NCBI GenBank assembly: GCA_004764695.1
Contig: SMSO01000025.1
Coordinates: 62,001-126,000, forward strand
Reading direction: 5' to 3'
Origin: Schizochytrium sp. TIO01
Lineage: Eukaryota; Protista; Bigyra: Labyrinthulomycetes
DNA: 64,000 bases
The notes below the pieces were generated by a model. The model was not told the DNA's origin. It saw only the letters and a list, made by a program, of their open reading frames with translations, and ran no database searches. The position numbers were made by a program, and so were the translations under genes. Shown here piece after piece: positions 59,834 to 64,000 of the stretch; the first letter of the stretch is position 1; every line of letters begins with the position of its first letter.

Positions 59834-62167
59834 TTATTTCTTCTTGCCGTCTCGTTTCTTTGCTACCTTCGCTATACTTGTGTCATTAGACGCTTCTAAT
59901 TGCGCTGCTTTATCAGCAAGATTACGCTTGGCATTTTTCAAATCTCTCTGCAATTGTTTCACTCGGCCTTGGCCTATCTGAATAATAGTTTCGGAAACTT
60001 CTACTCCGCAGTCAGCCTGGGCAAGAGTATCACTATTCATAAAAAGCTCGTCGAAACGAGCCAAAGCAGCTTCTAAATCTGCAATACGTTTGGCTGAGTC
60101 TGCAGACTTGGAGAATTCTTTGGTTGCCCATTGGTTTATTTCTTGTTCAATTTGCAAACGCATCAAGAGCGCTCCCGCAACACGTAATAGATAATCGTCA
60201 GGGTCCTCATTCCATAAAGCGTCTGCGCGTGCAGCTTCTGTCTGCGACTCTGCAATCTCCGCTTCAGCAGCAAGTTCTTCAGGAGTTTTTTGTTCGTCCT
60301 CAAGACTATCACCTGCATCACTCTTGCGAACCTTTCGTGCTCCATTGCCTTTTTTACCTCGCTTGCCCCCAGCACTATTGATATTTCGGCCTTTTTTCAT
60401 GGATGATGTACTTGTGTCACGATTTGCGTTGGGCAAGCCGGCGCCGGAAAGAGCTGCAGCTGCTATCTCTACAGGGTCTTGGATCAATGAACTGCGTCGT
60501 ATAGGCCCAAACTGAACTCTTCGTTGGACAAAACTTCTCAAGCGTAGATGTAATTCCTGAACAAGCTCTTGACTCATTTCCGAAGTTTCATATTGACTTA
60601 GCTTTTCGTAAATGAGGTGCAACTTCATACGAGCTTCTAAATAGAGATACACTCGTGAAGTACGTAGGAATACATGCCTAGGAACACTCGTCTCTCGTGC
60701 TTTTTGTAGAATTATTGAGAAAGGCTTTAGCTTATGCAAATCATTGAAGGCTATGACTTCATCTAACATAGACAGAGACGCTTGTTCACAATGTTGACAG
60801 TGCTTAAGATCTCGTAATGTACGCTTACCTCGGTTTAGCATGTCTTCATTGACCTTACAGACGACAGCCACGTCCACTGCCCGTGCCAGCGATTGGATTC
60901 TCGTTTGCAGCTTAGTTGTAAGACTCGACACAGCTTGAGTACGGCTCGCTTTGATGCGTGCATCCTTTTGTAATTGCCGTCTAGCTTGCTGCTCTGCTTC
61001 TGTGGCATCAGAGAGAACCATGGGATTAACCAATGGGGATGAGTTTCCTCCATCAGCGTGTTCCTTTTCATAAACAGGTGGGCTATCTGCAAATATGTCT
61101 CGGCCGTTCTCGAAATCTTGCTCGTCTTGTGCATTGTCGCGGAAGATTGTCGTTAAGAGTTTTGCTAGTGTCTCCTCCGCTTGAATAATTCGGGAAAGGG
61201 ATAGCATGTTATCCCGGGCACGATCACTTTGCTCAGCACTCTGCAACAAAATACGGGCTCTCGGATCAGTCGCGAGTTGCAAGGCGCGATTCCCAAACAT
61301 ATTGCGGGCAAAAACATCCACGTTCTCGCTTAGCAAGACCTCAATCACTGTGGCGTGCTGACCTTTGCCAGCCTCACTACATGCTGTTGCAGCGAGGTGC
61401 AGTGAAGTATTTCCATCGGTGTCTACACAGGAAGGGTCAAAACCGTATCGTAGCAATAGACAGACAATACCAAGGTGACCTTTGTAGCTAGCCCAGTGTA
61501 AAGGACTGTACGAACCTTTCTTGGGACGAACGCGAGGCTGGGATCGGAATTTTCCAACCTGTTGCTGGCGCTGTATGAATGATTGGGGCCCTTCACTTAA
61601 AGACCGACTTTTGTTGCTTCTATTCCGTGAGCTTTGGCTATGCGTTGACTTTCTATGATGATGACCTTGAGATCTAGGCCTCGATGGCTGAAATCCACTC
61701 AACGAAACACTGTCAGCCCCACTGACACTCATTGCACCTCCATTTACAATTGTGGCATCGTCTCCTGCTGCAGATGCTCCTGATGATAGTGCTGGAGCTG
61801 CACCATTGCCAGAGGATGCCTTAGCTAAACTTCGTGTATGTTCTGCTGCAAACCCCTTCTCGAGCAACAGTGCCACAACGGCCTGGTTTTCATATGCAGC
61901 AGCCACTTCTAGCGGCAGCTCTGATTCTACAGGTTGTTGCTGCGAGGCTTTTACAATGCGCTGTTTCATAGGCGCTACCTTGCCCGAGGTAATGAGTGAA
62001 ATAGCTGCTTCGGAGTCGTCATTGCGAATCGCTAATAACAGCAATGCCCGGTTTCCACGTCGCTCTGCAATTTCATCTTCTGTTCGCATGCTCATATCTA
62101 ATGGCAAGGTGTTTTGCCCGATCCCTCCACGTATTGATGGGAGCATGGAGTTGTTGCTTGCGTCCAT
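59834..62167 (-). CDS. Ankyrin-repeat protein with helical/coiled-coil C-terminal half
   Basis: 777-aa ORF with LPLEVAAAY, YSPLHWASYKGHLGIV.LLL, GNTSLHLAA and ARNMFGNRALQLA. Confidence 0.85.
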   Translation of the reverse strand: MDASNNSMLPSIRGGIGQNTLPLDMSMRTEDEIAERRGNRALLLLAIRNDDSEAAISLITSGKVAPMKQRIVKASQQQPVESELPLEVAAAYENQAVVALLLEKGFAAEHTRSLAKASSGNGAAPALSSGASAAGDDATIVNGGAMSVSGADSVSLSGFQPSRPRSQGHHHRKSTHSQSSRNRSNKSRSLSEGPQSFIQRQQQVGKFRSQPRVRPKKGSYSPLHWASYKGHLGIVCLLLRYGFDPSCVDTDGNTSLHLAATACSEAGKGQHATVIEVLLSENVDVFARNMFGNRALQLATDPRARILLQSAEQSDRARDNMLSLSRIIQAEETLAKLLTTIFRDNAQDEQDFENGRDIFADSPPVYEKEHADGGNSSPLVNPMVLSDATEAEQQARRQLQKDARIKASRTQAVSSLTTKLQTRIQSLARAVDVAVVCKVNEDMLNRGKRTLRDLKHCQHCEQASLSMLDEVIAFNDLHKLKPFSIILQKARETSVPRHVFLRTSRVYLYLEARMKLHLIYEKLSQYETSEMSQELVQELHLRLRSFVQRRVQFGPIRRSSLIQDPVEIAAAALSGAGLPNANRDTSTSSMKKGRNINSAGGKRGKKGNGARKVRKSDAGDSLEDEQKTPEELAAEAEIAESQTEAARADALWNEDPDDYLLRVAGALLMRLQIEQEINQWATKEFSKSADSAKRIADLEAALARFDELFMNSDTLAQADCGVEVSETIIQIGQGRVKQLQRDLKNAKRNLADKAAQLEASNDTSIAKVAKKRDGKKK

Positions 62168-62969
62168 TGTGCTTCTGCGTAGCCCCCAAGCACAATTTGC
62201 CCCACCGCTGGATAATACAAAATCCTTGTAGCAAACTTAGACCGCGGATGAATCTTCAATGCCGGCCTCAGGAAATTGCCAGCTGACTTTGTAATGCCCA
62301 ACAGCCCATTGGGCTAGAACTTCTACGCGCCTTGCATCATGGACTTCATGTCGAAAGTCTTGCGCGAGACCCTGTCCATCATTGCCCGCGGACTGCTGTT
62401 CTCCGCGCCATTCCGGGGACCCCAGTGTGTACTTAAGGGCGCTTCTTGGGACAATACTAGGAACCTATATGATTTACTGCCTGTGCATATGTTCACAATT
62501 ATGGAGCTATGACTAATTGTTTGGATAATATGAGGACGGAAGCCTGTTGGCTAAGCCTGGAAGCGCAGAGATGGTTCAACATGAATACCATATCTCGGAC
62601 GGCTTGAGTTAAAGCTATGGTAGGTTTTATTCCATCACTTTACATATATATTTCTTTTAATTTAAAAAAATCTTTAATTTAGAAGTAAAAAAATGTTACT
62701 GACTATGTGATGAAGACTCTAAGTGGGAGATCAGCTATGATAAAGATTGATGACAGGTCGTGCGACGACCAGGTTGGTGATTACATCGGACAGCGATGAA
62801 GAAGACTAAAATCCTTGAAGTACAAAGGGGAATTAAGAATAGTACATTATGGAAAAGTTGCAGTCCTGAGTGTACATTTGAATTAGATAATGAATTTGCT
62901 TCCATTGCATAGCATGCTTACATTGAGGCAATCCCTGTGCATGATGTACCCAAAGGATGAGTAGAACAG

Positions 62970-63908
62970 TTATGATTGCTTTGAAAAGCGTCCATGAACA
63001 CGAGGCCGATCATGTGCAAGGGCTCTGCGGACTGAATAACTTACCTTTTTACCCCAATTTCGTCGCAGACGCTTTTCGCGGTATCTTTGCACACGAGCTA
63101 GCCTTTCTTCAGGCGTGTAGGATGGTACCCGAAGGCGTCGATATGCCATCGCCCTGAATTGCTCAAAGCGCTGTTGCTGATAAAACTGTGAACTTTGTAA
63201 TTGACCCGAACGCTGTTGCTGCTGCTGTTGCTGCTGTGGTTGTGTGACTTTCTTGATTTTCGAAGAGGGTAAAGCTGGTGGGCTTTGCGTTTTAGATATC
63301 TTTTGTGGTAGTTTTCCTGCCACAAGCTTTGTGGGCCCTTTCAAAGTTGAGTTGGTCAGGGGTGCTACAGTTTGGGATGTTGTCGATGATTCCGCCAAAA
63401 GAGGAGGCGGCGATGAAGATGAGTTTGATGATGCAGAAGAAGAATACAAAGAAACACTGCTTTCTTTCAAAATCGGTGTAACAACCTTTTGTTTTGCATT
63501 TTTAGCTTCGGACATAGAGTTGAGAGCCGTGCTTTCTGTTTCAACATCTCGACCTCTCCGTTCGTCCTCAAAAGCAACAGCGCGCCCCGATAGACCAGAT
63601 TTGTTGCGAAACTGTAGCTTGTGAGGTGGATATTGAGCCTCGATACTGGGTGGGGTACTGGGTTGTGCCTTCGTTCTCGCTAGCCCTTCGGCAGGGTCAG
63701 GTTCAACCCTTTCTAAATGCCGATCTAGATGTTGATGTTGGGTCTGTACTTCGACACCATTCAGAATATTCTGTTGACGCAGTGGTTGATTCTGGTGACA
63801 GATATGACTGGCTTCACTCCATGCCTCTTGCAAGAAGCCCAAGAACAGCTGACATTCCGAAACTTTGGAAGAACCCGAAATCCCAGCATACTTTAGCTCT
63901 CGACGCAT
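62970..63908 (-). CDS. CCT-domain (CONSTANS/CO-like/TOC1) protein
   Basis: C-terminal YTPEERLARVQRYREKRLRRNWGKKVSYSVRRALAHDRPRVHGRFSK, preceded by S- and Q-rich low complexity. The 5' end may be incomplete. Confidence 0.88.
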   Translation of the reverse strand: MRRELKYAGISGSSKVSECQLFLGFLQEAWSEASHICHQNQPLRQQNILNGVEVQTQHQHLDRHLERVEPDPAEGLARTKAQPSTPPSIEAQYPPHKLQFRNKSGLSGRAVAFEDERRGRDVETESTALNSMSEAKNAKQKVVTPILKESSVSLYSSSASSNSSSSPPPLLAESSTTSQTVAPLTNSTLKGPTKLVAGKLPQKISKTQSPPALPSSKIKKVTQPQQQQQQQQRSGQLQSSQFYQQQRFEQFRAMAYRRLRVPSYTPEERLARVQRYREKRLRRNWGKKVSYSVRRALAHDRPRVHGRFSKQS

Positions 63909-64000
63909 GAGGGCGCTGCAAACGAAGGTTCCACTCAGAACGCACAGCGTATGATTAACAACTTAAATAGACGATCAGCCTTCAATGAAGAGGGCACCGA

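Noticed and set aside
62323-62382. 19-codon Met-rich upstream ORF before the ankyrin gene (minus strand)
   Set aside because: Out of frame with the main ORF, no evidence it is in the transcript, and its length is compatible with chance.

Overview
This is eukaryotic nuclear DNA: intron-poor, gene-dense, of intermediate GC, with microsatellite-rich intergenic tracts. The gene content (ciliary LRRC56-like gene, CCT-domain protein, PT-linker trypsin-SRCR protein) and the short GT(A/C)GT..CAG introns suggest a stramenopile such as a thraustochytrid; this is inference. About 15 protein-coding genes can be supported: DOLPP1-like PAP2 phosphatase, a spliced TMEM65-GAF fusion, a giant ARM/coiled-coil protein, an FCS zinc-finger protein, a highly codon-biased orphan, an RIIa-kinase-NACHT-ankyrin (NLR-like) protein, presenilin-like, FKBP12, AMMECR1, PH plus degenerate acyltransferase, trypsin plus 4 SRCR, USP48-like, VPS55, LRRC56-like, an ankyrin protein and a CCT protein. 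The most striking pattern is three frame breaks in two long, otherwise intact genes (stops at 6936-6938, 30239-30241 and 33081-33083). All three are +1, and the upstream frame looks protein-like up to or near the stop, so skipping the stop's T fuses the ORFs. This is either Euplotes-like stop-driven +1 frameshifting or single-base insertion errors/mutations; sequence alone cannot decide. Other highlights are the NLR-like receptor, the TMEM65-GAF fusion, two probable pseudoenzymes and a frame-preserving hairpin minisatellite. No tRNA, rRNA, CRISPR array or recognisable transposon was found.
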